Shown here piece after piece: positions 50,456 to 64,000 of a DNA stretch of 64,000 nt. The notes beneath the pieces were generated by a model. That model was not told the origin of the DNA. It worked only from the letters and a program-made list of their open reading frames with translations, and did no database searches. How positions within the stretch are numbered: position 1 is the stretch's first letter; the number at the start of each line of letters is the position of its first letter. A program made the position numbers and the translations under genes. Source of the DNA: Gordius albopunctatus (Eukaryota); NCBI GenBank assembly GCA_964276515.1, contig OZ193910.1:4650001-4714000 (forward strand), written 5' to 3'.

Positions 50456-52070
50456 GCCCAGGCCTTGCAGGCTATTAAATGGGTTAAAATATTTAGGTTA
50501 GTTGCATAAAAGACTTTAAGACACTTAAAACAGGGAAAAATAATAGATAAATTAAATTTTTTTAATTTAATTTTTCAGCATTGTAAAATTCGCAAATATA
50601 ATTGTGAAAATTGCTTAAAACTTGGTTGAGTATTTATTTCCCGTGAAAACACTAGAAAGCCCCAGGAAGTGGCAAACTACGCGATTATGTTTAATATAGT
50701 AATTAATTTCTTATATATTTCAATTTTTATAATTATTATGGTTTCTTTTTTAAGTCGTTTGTGAGTATATATAGATAAAATGCATATCCAACTCAAAATA
50801 AATGTTTTGCAGTTATCTATCTTATCCTATATACTTAGAATTTTAAATCAATTTATTATAAACTAGATTATAGACTGTATTTATTCAAAGATATAGATGA
50901 AAACGTCTCACCTATATTCATAAATATGTGGTCTAGCCAAGGACCCCCTTCCCATAACAAAAATTAAAAAAATCATAAAAATAAAATATTAAATGAGTTA
51001 AAAATATTTAATAACTCATTTATAAATACCTCAAATTTTTTTATTTATTTTTAAATTAAATTTTTGGCAAAAAGCTTTAACCATATTTTTAGTCTTCTTA
51101 ACAACACATGCATCAATGATCGTAGTTATTCAATACTCATGAGATTAGAAGATTATTCAAAAAATAAGATGTCAAGATATCAATGGAATGAATTGGCAAT
51201 ATTAACGAATCATATGTAATTCTCCTACTTCAGGTGAAATCTTTAAATGAAAATCGCTGGGCAAATGAAAAATGAAATGATTATTTATTATAATGCTGCT
51301 CATTGTATACAGAATTAATACCTTTATCTTTATCATTGTCATATTTGTCTAAAATTTTCTGCTAGAACCCATAACGGTGTGAAAACTAAATTGCCCGCCA
51401 AAGCCAGCCCAAACCCTTTAACTTCCCAATTCACTAATGTTCACTTCAGGGCATATACAATACACAATCCAAATTTATTATATCCACCAGACCAAGATCC
51501 CAAGTATCGAATGATGATAAAAATTAGTGTATTCCAGTATTCACGAGACAAAGATAATAAAAAAATATAATGGAATCCATCAATATATAAAAAATGTGTG
51601 TGTATGTTGTCTTTCCTCGTCTTTCCCTTTTTTTAATCACTTCATATGTCTATATCCTTCGGTCACATTATATGTTTTTACTTTATTCTCCACACCCACC
51701 TTTGTGTCGATACGTGTCGTTGACTAAACACAACATCTCCTTTTTTTACTTTTTCATCTTTTTTTTTGACTCTCCCACTATCCATGGCTTTGATTTATGC
51801 CTTTTCAGCCGATGGCTATCATTTGCCGTACTACCAACACTCCAAAACCCGCTTACATCATGCCTTTATAACGTTACATACAATGGTTAAACCGTTTACA
51901 CCATGCCTTTATAACCGTACATACAATGGTTATAGCAGTAACACATATATCCACAACACATCAAACCATTACACACAATCTCGATATAATCATTGTAAAA
52001 AATTGGTCATACAATATAATCAATGATAATGTACACACAAAATATATACTATAAATCAATGGCTACTACA

Positions 52071-52529
52071 TCTTATATATAAAAATGAAACTATGTGTGT
52101 ATGCCGCCATCAATTTTAAAAAACTACCAGACCGATTTGGCTCAAAATTTCACAGTTTATTCCTGACACCCCGGAGCATGTTTATAGATTTGTTCGAGCC
52201 AAATCGGTCCAATAGTTTTCGAGGGGAAAGGTTTTTTTGTTTTATACGTTTTGGCACTTAATAAAGACGTCATATGACGTCATACGGGATACTGTAGAAT
52301 GCGGCAATCACTTAATAAAATTAAGACGTCATACAGGATACTGTAAAATGCGGCAATAACTTAATAAAATGTCAATCATACGCAACTTCATGACGTCATA
52401 CAGTGATACTGCAAAATGCAAAAATATAAATAATCTATCATAAAACGTCATCATTTTTTTAATTGTGACAACAATCAAATTTAATACACCATGGTAAATG
52501 GCAAAACAACGTTTGCCGGGTTCATCTAG
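52071..52529 (+). mobile_element. Short complete non-autonomous Helitron (459 bp)
   Basis: A|TC...hairpin-CTAG|T, no TSD; internal tandem GACGTCATAC repeats. Confidence 0.88.
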
Positions 52530-55500
52530 TATACTATAAATCAGTAGATATAAGTATAAAACAATTATTTAAAACATAATATAAATATAAAATATATATA
52601 ACTAAAACATATAAAGTTTAAAAACATTTTATATTTAAATACACAAAAATTAATTTCTAAAACGCAATACAATTTCCGAGATATACAATACAAAACGCAA
52701 TAGATTTTATCAACATACACAATCGATTTCCAAAACAAACAGGAGAAATACAATTTCTCCACTTCCTCTACCCGTTTTATATATATATATATATTTTTTT
52801 TTATTATTATTATTTATTTTTTTAAAGGGGGGAGGGGTTAAACATAAGATTCTCCACACCCGCCTTTGTGTCGATACGTGTCGTTGACTAAACACAACAA
52901 CGAATGCTGTCCCAAATGCTGGGCCCAATGTGACGATTTTAAATTTCAAGCATTAATTTTGTCTTATCTTCGAAAATTTTTGATTTAATTCAAGAATTTT
53001 TGTAAATAAAAAAGTGATAAAAAATAGTAAACTATATTAAAAAAGTCTCATTTTTATGGTGCCCGTCCAGTCCTATTTAAAAATCTTAATTTACGACGAT
53101 TGCCTGACCCGCTCCTTGGATGCACGGGCCCAGCAGCAAGCCTGACTTCTTGGTTTTTTTTATTTTTAATTACAAATGAAATGTCAAAAAAATTTGGCAA
53201 CTTCTCCCCCCCCCCTCCCTCTTGAGTAATTCCTGGCTGCTATGCGCCTGAGGTCTTGTATGCATGCCAATCGGTCTCATATCAATTTTATAGCCAATAA
53301 CTTGTTTAAATAACAGTGCCATTTTTTCTTATTTTTTTTGACCTCTCAAAAATTTCAAAAAAACCCTGTTGACTCAGAAGGATGCCTGCTCAATAAAATA
53401 GCTTGTGGTATTTTTTATGTTTTTGTTCTTATTATCGAATATAATAAGTGTGCTAAGATGCTTTATTTTTAAATTATATCACTTGTAATATAATTTTGTA
53501 TAAATTGTCTCTTTAATTTGCATCGACATTCTTTAAAGCATAATTTATTATCATAACATTTGTCATCTATGATGGCCAATGTCTTAAACAATAGGCTCTA
53601 GTGTTGATACAATGGGCTTTATAAATCGCGCATGTTAGCTTTCGAATCATGGTAAAACTAAGGCGTAATTGATCAACCTTACCAGGAAATTTTTTAGACC
53701 GTAAAACATCATAAATTTCTTACTATAATTCACCACCTATATTTTTATGAATATTCTTGTGTTTTTGCGCTCCTTACCCGTCGTAACGTGTCTTCACCTA
53801 AATTTTTACCCATGCCCCTACTTGTAACCTCTGTACCCTACTCCCTACGATCCCTGAACCCCTCTACATCCATCACCTCCACGAATGTGCTATCAGAAGC
53901 ATACTCTTTGAGCAATCCGTTCTCCGCTCCCCAGGAAAACGCAAACGGCTCCTTTATGGATTCTACCGGAGCCAAAGGACGATCCAGGCACGCCGTTATC
54001 GGGCGAGACTAAGAGTTGGCTTGCACGGGAACTTCAAATTATTAAGGATGATCTGGAATTAATGATCAACGCAAAACTACAAGAATCCGCTCGAACCCAG
54101 CCAGTACCATTTTGGGCACCATCACAACAATGGAACGCCCCGAGTCATTGGAATGCTCAACCTATACTACAACCTGCTAAATTATATAGTTGTAGTGCCA
54201 ACTTTCCTTCTCGTCATTTCCCCCGCCCCTTTCTTAATTTCTCTGATCTATTAAAGCGTTGATGTTTTAGGGATTTTTAGTACGTGGCACCCCCCCACCT
54301 CTTATATAAACCTGTTTGTTAAATTAATACTATTATTTGTCTTTATATAAATTTTGAAATTAAGTTTTGTTAATTTTAATCGTTATATTCCGTTTAAACA
54401 ATTCAAATAATAGTGATCATTCTTTATTAGAAAATACTCAGGAAACAATTTTAATTATTTTATTGATATTTGTCGAGCTAATTAGTTTAATCGTTGGTCG
54501 GCATGTTAAAAAATTCTTGGGTTGGGAAGGCAGAATGAATATAGTGAATTATGTATTAGGGATGGAGTAGAGATATCATATTTTTCCCAACACAAACATT
54601 GAGAAAATTTCCCAGAGAAAATAGAAAAAATTTAGGAAATTATAGGAAAGTTGAGGAAATAATGGGAAAATAATTAAAGAGACCAATGTAGGATGAGTTA
54701 AAAATTTAAATTAATAATACAAACACAAAATCCAACCAATTTAACATTAAATGTTTACAGATTTAGTGAGAATTTTACGATAAACGGTAAAATAATTTGA
54801 TACATGTACGAAAAACGTTACCATAATGTATATATTATAATAAGTTTTATAAACTTGAATTGCTATCAATTGCTATTTGATTTACTTTTTTTCTATATCC
54901 TCATTGAGAAAGACTTAGCTTAATAATCGGCAGGATTTACGCAATTGATGGGATTAAATCGTGTTGAATTGCAAATTTAAAGTATCTTGTCGTTTTCCAA
55001 TTTGTTTCTAATTTTATTATGAATATTTCAGAATGTTAACCATCCCTTCGAAAGCCGCGGTAGAAGGTTGCAGTGAAAATATTATTACTAGTACACTAAT
55101 CGGTGGCCCGTCAACTTGCCGAAAACCATCTCGCCGAATTTAATATCCCCCGGTTAAAAATAGGTCCCCCATTTTGTGATTGGTTGAATGGGGACGATTT
55201 TAAATTAGGGGACCTTTTTAAACCGGGGGATTATAAATTCGGAGAGATGGTTTTTGGCGAGTTGATAGGGCACCGCACTAATCATTTGATTATTGCATAT
55301 CCCTTTCCACCAAAATAGGGGCATTGTAAAATCAACACTAGTCCATATCCCAGACTAGGCCCAAATTCCTTCTCTACCACAAATTTCGACAAAATTCGTC
55401 ATAACCTTTCCCAGCTAATGGCTTTACCTACATATTTGCCACTCAATTTTTTCTCACAAAATCGTTTATCAAGGAAGTAGGCGCCAAAAATATATTTCTA

Positions 55501-56199
55501 GACAACACAACTGCTGTTTTTTATAATTCCAATTAATAATGGTCTGGCCCCTATTCCACGGTCAATTTTATTTTCGTAATGTATTTATCGAAGAAAATGC
55601 TTCAAAAACATCAATTAAAGATGATAGGTCTCCATCCACCTGCATTATTTTAGAATTTATTGGCCTATAAATGGTTAGGTGGTTTAATATAAAAACCAAA
55701 GGTTATCATAGTCTAATGAAATTTTTCTTTTGTCTTTATCATCGAGACGCTCGTTGATGGCTATTTTGTAATAGCTTTTTTTGAACCGAAGCTTTCAAGC
55801 ATAAAGCACTACCCTATCTGGTATGGTTTGGAACTTTCAGTGCTGCCTTCTTTTGCAATTGCTTATTTTATTATACAGTTAAGTATTTATAACTTATAAA
55901 AAAGGGTTATTTGCTATAATAAAATACTTAATTATTGCTTATTCAAATCACATAAAAATTTCACTTTCTTAGTACAGTTGAACTTATCAGCTATAAATAT
56001 ATCTAAAATAAATCAACAAATATTTGACGAGATAACATACTTAGTAATTTAAATAGCCTCCAGGTATATATCACATAAGAATATATATGATAAACTCGAA
56101 GGAAAATTACCGGGAAATTTGAAAGTTTTCATGGGAATTTCACGGTTAAATTTCCCAATTTTCCCGCGAAATTTCTCTATCATGATATCTCCAGTGTGA

Positions 56200-57300
56200 A
56201 AGTCCGAATTGGTTCGATTTTGTTATAGGAGAGGTAGTAAAAGGGCTAGCGGGACGAATGGAAGGAATTTTGTCAATAATAATAATAAAAATGTAATGGG
56301 ACCGAGATTTAATGAAAATTTTAATAAAAAGATGGTCTCTGGTAATACGGGTAGAGCAGTATCAGTGAGTAGAGTTACGAATTATAGAGACAATAATGAA
56401 ACTAGATGTGGTTTGCCTACCGCGTTGAGGAGTCCTGCTGTAGCGGGGCGCTGACTAGACATCGGCTGCTCTAATTACCTAACACCTATTTTTAGCAATT
56501 TAACGAGCTCCTGTCCATGCTTATTTTTTGGTACTCGTCTGCCCAAAACGTAAATTTGGTGCGTTTGTTAATTTTAAGTTAGATTTAATTTCTATAAAAG
56601 AATTTAAAAAAATTTCGAGTCTTCTATAAATTCCCGTCAGTTAGATCGTGCGGCAGTGTGTTTAATGGAGAAATTCGGCATGAGGGTGGTGGCACGTGAT
56701 TTAAAATGGGTATTAACACTAAAATGGGTATTAACACTACATATCACTGTAGCTGATATTAAACCTTTAATGGGTTGAAGATGAGGTTATGGGCTTAAGC
56801 GTAAGGTTCGGCCTATGAGAAAGTTGAACCTTATCAATCCTTGATTGTTTTTTTTGGCCCGTAACGATAATTCTAGCCCAGGGAGGGAGGCATCCGTACT
56901 TAGTATTGAGCTCCCAAGAATTTCCAAAATATCATGACACCTTTGTGTGAAGTAAATGATTTCGGAAGCCTGGCCAGATGGCAATCTAATTTGCGTAATG
57001 TGGTTACCGATTACAAATCGGGTTTTGCCAAACGTTTAAGGTATTTAAAAGGCTACGGATGTAACGAGTAATTAAAACGTGGGGTCTGGACGCATTTCTT
57101 TCGTCTGGCGATAGAAGGTGGACTCCTTTCTTTGTGACTGAGCAAACCAGTTAAGCCCCTAGATTAGAGCGAATGTGCAACGCCTCTGTTACCAGTGGAA
57201 AAAACCGGTGGAACGTTGCGTCTATGTAATGATTATTCGGTAACGTTGAATCCGTGATTGGTGGAAATTAATTACTAAACCAATGGAAAAAATTTTAGGC
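56200..57300 (+). mobile_element. Heavily decayed Ty3/Gypsy gag-pol remnant
   Basis: ECATPLLPVEKTGGTLRLCNDYSVTLNP at about 57170-57255 (RT N-terminal motif); protease-like QLDRAAV near 56640. Confidence 0.6.
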
Positions 57301-60300
57301 AGTTTAAATACGGCATGTTTAGTGTTTCGATCTCGTATCGGTCCCTATAACAAAATCTCGTCTCATCCTGGGAGCGATTATGAAAATCTCGATTTCGTCT
57401 CGGTCTAGAAAAATCTCGATCTCGTCTCGACGAGAATTTTCGGCTTTAAAAGAATTAATAATAAATTAAAATTTCTCCTGTTTTATTAAAAATCTTAGGT
57501 ATGTGTTTAAAAAACCAAATAGTAAACCTTTATATTTTTTAAAAAATCTTAATTCACAAATTTTTAAAGATTTGGCGGGACACGACATCTCATTGAAAAT
57601 ATAAAGATATGAACTAATTCATATGAAAATATTTTTGATGGAAAGTGCAAATCAAAAAAAAACTATAAATATATTTGAAGTATATAAAATTAAATTTTAT
57701 GGTTCTAGCAGTAGCGTAGGGAGGGGCCCGTGGAGAAAAAAATTTGAATTTTTTTTCATTCAATGATATTAATAGGATTCTTGTTTGCGCATATAGAAAT
57801 AAAAGGTTATCTTAATTAATTTAAAATTTAATTTTAGATGAAATATACTAATTCTAACACTCTTTGTACAAAATTTTTCTGTTCCAAGTGTGTAGGGGTT
57901 TTGACCTACTTTGTTCTAACTAAAGGAACTTTATTAATATCAAACCAAAAGATACAATATAATGGTTCGATCGCTACGCATTAGTTTATATACCATCTGT
58001 CGAAGTTAATATACATAACTCGTAAGGTAGTTGGGGGCTATTCAAATTATAATCATTATGAATAGAATAAGGAGGAGTATGAATAGTGTGTATTCATCGA
58101 GTAAGAAGGAATGTGAACAACGTGATATCTAAATAATAAAGGTACCACTATTCTAATTAGGTAATACCATAAGTGCGTGTTTTGTAATAAAAAGAAATTT
58201 AATTCTTGATTACTTCTCTAAAAAAACGAGGAAGATGCTGATACAAGCCAAATTTTATTTATAAAGGTAATGGATTCTTTTATTTTTCTAAGTTTTAATA
58301 TGGTTATTTAAACTTACATTTGTTCCTTGTTAATAGAAATTGCGGATATATAACTAGAGAAGAGTATAATAATAAAATACAAATAATTAATGTGAATGAT
58401 AATTTTACAAAGCGTTTTGCACATTTCTTTCATGCATGCTTCATTTTTAAACATACATTAAAATTTAATTTCTTTAGAAATTGTGCGTGCCAATTCTAGA
58501 GTAAGATTGTGCGTGCTAATTCAACTAAAAATTACTATTCCTTATGGTTTAGTAAATTCATTTTTTAAATTTTGCTTTTTAATGATCATGATAAAGCTAA
58601 CTTTATTATAGCAAATACAGCTACCACCCCCAAAATCAGGCATGGGCTTTTGTTAAAAATTGCGTGCCTGGCTTAGACGAGCGTTATGGTAATAAAACGG
58701 GCCCGGGACGGTCCTAGCTATTAGTAGGGGTAAAACCTTTTTGTTTTAATATATAAAAATGGTGTCTTTTATGATGTTTATAAAATTTTATTATTATTTA
58801 ACAATACATAATGAAAAAATCCTTATTAATTTTTATTTGCTATTTATTCATAGAACTTGTGATTTTTAAAGAAGTGGATTCCAAATGTTTTTTTAAAAAA
58901 GGGGATCGTGAAACATTAACAAAAATAGGTACATTTAGTATAAATTAACCTTGAGACTGATGCATTTTATTAAACATTTTCAACATATAAATAAAAGATT
59001 GTTTTAGTAATGGCAAAAAATCTTTAAAAAGCCGCATAAGATTTTTTGGAAAGGTGTAGGCTGGGCCTGTGCATTACAAAAAATCAGCGGGGTGAACTCG
59101 GGCTTTATAATCTTCTTTTAACGGTCCTTAGGCGGGACAATTTTTGGAACTAGTGGGAATTAAGCCTTAAAACACTAGTGTCCGAGATTTTTGTCGGTTT
59201 TTCCGCATCACTATAAAACACCCATGCAAGTGTTTAGTTATGGGCCTAATTAGCGCAAACAGGAAAATTGGAAGGAGCTTTGTAATTTGCCTTTATGAAT
59301 ATATTATTAATGCATTTTTCACCAAAACCCATCTTAGATATTAAATTTATATAGTTTTTGTTTACTCGAAATTCCTTGACACAAAATTTACCTTGACGCC
59401 CCCCGCCTTACTTAGATAATCCTGACTCCGCCACTACTTTATATAAGCTTAAAAAATTTAATATTATCATCTATCAAAAATTTTCGAACCCCACCCCCCC
59501 CCCCCCCTTTGAGGCAATCCTGGCTACGCTTATGAGTTCTAGCAAATTATACCATCTATATCAAATTCACTGTGTCTTTCAAATAAAAATAGATTTAAAA
59601 ATTTATAGGTTTTTCGTTATATATTTGGGCAAATTGAGCCCTTTATTAACCCTGGCTAAAGCCCATAGACTTAATAGACTGCTCATTCCCTTTAAAAAAG
59701 TGATACCAATTTTGACCGCCATGTTGAACTAATATTTTTGTGCTCTTAGAGTTCTAACAGTTTATAGCTGCACAGTATGTCATTCTACGGTTTGTTTTCT
59801 TTTTTTCCTGTAAACAATAAAATATAATTATATATAGCATCTAAATAATTTACCTGTGGCGCTTGTTAATTATTTTTTGGCTTCAAATTTTTCATATGTA
59901 TGCATGCTCAATGAGCAGTCTATTAAGTCTATGCCAAAGCCTCAAAGTATACCTTAACATATTTAAAGCAAACGTTTTTGTACATTGATATTACCATCAT
60001 CTATTATAGCCCATAGAGTTTTTTGCATGTTTATTATAGCGTTTTAACCACAAAGTGCCAGTGACATTCAATGATAATATTATTTAGAGAATTGATAACT
60101 AGTTGCACATATTAGAATAAAAACATCAAAGCATCATTATGTTATATAAGCTTTAAATTTAAATACACATATTTTATTTTATGACAATAATCATTATAAT
60201 CAAATTTGTATTCCAAATAATTACCTCCCATTTTTAACTAAATTTGCCATTAAATAGTTATTTACCTAATACATATTTATTTTATATTGCACAATTGCCA

Positions 60301-62274
60301 CGATTATGAAAATTATGTTAAATTTAAATGCACCTGCCAGCCCCAGTTTATAATGTGAAAAGTAATGCATACAACAAAACAATGCAGTCAAATAATGTCA
60401 TTTTAAGGTTCAAAAATTTGGGAGGTATACTTTTAGTTAAAGCATAGAAACTTTTAAAAACGCATGATTTTATCTATAACGGTGTCATTGAATACGCAAT
60501 TGTACTTTTAAAATCGTTAAGGAGGCACAAATGACGCTAAGGTGCTCAAAAAATGTCGAGCCACCTTAGCTTAACCTGTATAATTATTCAAACTAATTGA
60601 CGACCAATATATAATTAACTTTAAATGTAAATCATGCAAATTAAAATACACAATAATTTACTAAAATCTAATGATCAATAAAAAGCCGGGTTTTTCGAAT
60701 TCTCGTCTCGTCTCGGCTTTTCAAGATGAGACCGAGAATTTACTCGGTTTTCCCGCATCACTAGCGATCCGTATTTTTTTAACCATCCATAGGACATCCG
60801 TAGGTAGAAATTTTATAATTTTAAATTTGCCGATATCAACTATATTTACTTTAATAGAGTTTGCTATGTCATTATTATCTAGAGTAGTTACTAAATCATC
60901 TGCAGTTATAATCCTTAGTTGAATTTGATCTTTAATCTCAGGCGGCATTCTTCTCCATACCCATCCATCAAGCGATCAAGAATTTCCTGGGCTATGTATG
61001 TGGAAGGAAAGCGTACCAGTACAATGTCCTTCCTATCGGAGCCTCGTACTCGCCGTTTGTTATACAAATGATCCTCAGCGCCCTCCCCAAAAAATCAATA
61101 AAACAATCGAAATAAAATGTTTACTTGGATAATTTTCTTATCTACAGCCCAAGCTATGAAGCGCTACAAGAAGATCTGAAGAACCTAGCCACGCTGGCAA
61201 AAGACTAAAATAATGCTATCAGCCCAAATAGAGTAATTGGGAATGAAATTAAAGTTCGATGTGTCAGCGATAAAATGGAAAACCATGATAGCAAATCGAT
61301 CTACTGGCAGCGGACGTTCTGTTCCGTGCGTTACACTATAAACTTCAGGACACAACCTTTCTCGAAGCATTAAGCGTTTTAAATTATTTATTTTACAACC
61401 TCAGGGAAGGAAGACAAAATGTCTGCCGCGATTTTGCTATACAAAATATCATGTAAATTTTTACTATAGATCAAGAACTAATTAAGGTCGAACAAAAACT
61501 TTTTTTAAGCCATAAGATGATTTACCTTACATGTTTTGATCAAATTGTTTTAGAAGTTTACAACCTAAAAAGCAAACAATTTCTTTCATATAATTTTATG
61601 ATTTAAAAATCCGGAAATTTGACAATAATATGAAATAAATATAGAAAACAAAATGCATCAGATAAACAAAATAAACTAATCTAAAATAACATCATGGAGA
61701 GGATCTTCCAAAATTGTCCAAGAATCCGTGAACAATTTGAAATTGTATTAGGCTAAATCAAGACCAAGTCTTTGTTTTAGTAAAAAGGGTAATGAATATA
61801 TAGACGCCGGAGAACGTCTCCCTAACGTTTTTAAAAAAAGCTAAGGCACGTTTACTAAAAGTGCCCAAATACAAAGCGACCAATGAAATAAAAGTGTTGG
61901 AGTTTGAAAGGGCTTTATATTTAACGATTTGTCGCCCCTCAGCAAGACCTAAAGAATCATTGTTGTCGTTATAGGGGGCAAATACAAACGGAATCGCATT
62001 TAAGGTGAAGGATATTGTTCCATGGAATTAAAGGAGACCTATCAGGGCGCATACCCCCCTCCAAGGAGGGGTCCGATAGCTCTAAAATGGAACAGATCTT
62101 TACCTTTTGAGAACGCTTTGAATTAAAGTTTTGGCCTTATTGTGTTTGTTTAAAAGTGATTGTCTCCTAACTCAAAATAATAAAAAAAGATGTCTAAACT
62201 TTTCGGATTAACAATATGCAAACTATAAGTTTTTATCTGATATCTTTTTAAATTTGAAAAACATTATAAAACAT

Positions 62275-63261
62275 TAGTGCTGTAAACATTTGTAAAAAAA
62301 TCGAACGCGTTCACGTTCGTCTAAAAAGAAAAGGAACGCGTTCACAAATTTTATGATACATTTTTTTAAAGTTTAATTTAATATAAATAAATGTCTTATA
62401 TTTTTTAATACAATAAATAGCCATGATAAAAAATAATAGTTTTATTTCGACAATATAATTATAAATCAATATAATCTATTTTCTTATTTATTTTTAATAA
62501 TAATTGTTTTTCAAAATTGTCTTCTGATAAGCAGGAACGCTTGGCAGTTAATACAGCATTAGCTATACTAAAAACCTGCTCCACAGGGGCAGATGAGGGG
62601 ATTGGAGTATTATACTTAATAAACAAATTTTTCAGAGGAGGAAATTTATTAAAAACTTTTAATGTTTTGTCCCTCGCTTAAAAAAATTGCCACAAGATAT
62701 CATCCTCCAATGCGCCCTCTACTTCCTCGCGAAAAAATGATATCTCGGAAATTCTAGAGGTTTCAATCCCATTTTTCAATAACACTAAAATTTTATTCTT
62801 TATAGGTTAATTTTAATTATTGAATTTGATCTTTTATATGAAACAAGTGAAAAATATTTTTCATAATTTGGCCATGGCAATTTCAATTCATCTGCTGATT
62901 TTGAATATTCAGAATCTGAAGATGACGACGATATAATATTATGATTGTCCATATTAACCTATAAATTAAACTATAATAATATCAAACTAATTAACTTTAA
63001 TCTTATCTTCTTTTGCACGTTATAAGCATTTCGGAATTGGTAATAGGAAACAGGAAAAACAGCTGATTAAAAAATATAATACTTTTTTGTTAACAATTTG
63101 GATTGACATTAATTTTCAAATAAATAAAAACAAAAAAGGGTTTTTAAAATTGAACGAACGTTAAATTCGAACGCGTTCATCAAAAAAGGAACGCGTTCCC
63201 GTTGAAAGTTTACCAAAAAATAAAAGAACGCCGTTCATGAACGCGTTCACTTACAGCACTA
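62275..63261 (-). mobile_element. Non-autonomous hAT element
   Basis: TIR TAGTGCTGTAA / TTACAGCACTA; perfect TSD TAAAACAT; GAACGCGTTC palindromic subterminal repeats; LFIKYNTPIPSSAPVEQVFS. Confidence 0.9.
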
Positions 63262-63610
63262 TAAAACATTAATGGCACCAGAGTGTAGCTAGGAGGCAAA
63301 AAACTGCTGCTTTCTGTTGATGCAAATTTTTTTTGAACTTTAATAATATCTAAATTAAAAAGTAATTACCCATTTGCAAATCATTAAAAAACTTTTTAAC
63401 CGATTCCCCCAATTCAATTATGTCATAGTTATACTTATTTCACTCATATTTGTTTCAGTCAAAAAATTTAATGTTAAACAACTGTTTAGTGATTAGGATA
63501 GACATAGAACTCACATTTTTTTTTATAAAAAGCGAATTCTAGAGGTTAATATCTTCTCAACATTTATACAAGCTATAACAGAATACTAAACTATACAATT
63601 ACAATTATTG

Positions 63611-64000
63611 TTATGAATTTGAATTTAATCTAGAATTTGATGCAAGATTTAAGTCCTTAAAGGATATTTTTCCACTCCCTCTCTCAGCTGGTTGAGGCTA
63701 AATTCATAAATTAAAAAAAAGTTTATAAATATCAACTTGAGATGGGTCAGCTTTCCAACCAATCATATTTAAAATTTGAAATGTAGCTGGAACTACTGTA
63801 GTGGATTCATTTGTAGATATATCAGGGGAAACATTTTTTGAGTACATATTTTGATATAATGCTGCAGCAGATATAAGAGTGTCTCTGCCAAGTGATTTTT
63901 GTTTTGAATGTGTTGATAAAAAGGCTTTTGATTCAGCCATCCCTCTAAGATCAAACATTAGTTCAAACATATTAGGATAATTAATGACAATTTCATCCAC
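63611..64000 (-). CDS. NDUFAF5: Complex I assembly factor NDUFAF5, last two exons (64000-63737, 63697-63611); 5' part outside the window
   Basis: DEIVINYPNMFELMFDLRGMAES, PATFQILNMIGWK, SQPQPAERGSG; 39-nt GT-AG intron. Confidence 0.9.

Noticed and set aside
53780..54330. GC-richer patch as a solo LTR or gene
   Set aside because: No partner repeat, TSD or recognisable protein.
61120..61370. Possible LINE RT fragment (ALQEDLKNL)
   Set aside because: Only a single short motif.

Overview
AT-rich eukaryotic genomic DNA, probably from an invertebrate animal (species not identifiable from the sequence), with very short GT-AG introns and a dense load of transposable elements. Host genes: ALG1 beta-1,4-mannosyltransferase (+, 10 exons, 3290-22549, last intron 16.8 kb), NudC (-, 4 exons), an intronless secreted ADAM10/kuzbanian-like metalloprotease (-), and the last two exons of NDUFAF5 (-). 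The rest is nested hAT elements and MITEs, a non-autonomous Helitron family, two decayed RTE LINEs, MULE and Gypsy remnants, a non-autonomous Ginger element, and a decayed hammerhead ribozyme. The standout is a compact, intact ~3 kb retroelement (about 10267-13248, minus strand) inside the giant ALG1 intron. It has a gag-like ORF1 and a +1-overlapping RT/RNase H ORF whose motifs mix DIRS-like and hepadnavirus-like signatures. It also has 116-bp direct repeats and a 3' hairpin, but no integrase, tyrosine recombinase, endonuclease or protease. It is joined to a 1.5-kb fold-back inverted duplication of a PIF/Harbinger transposase gene. All family assignments come from motif recognition by eye; no searches were run.
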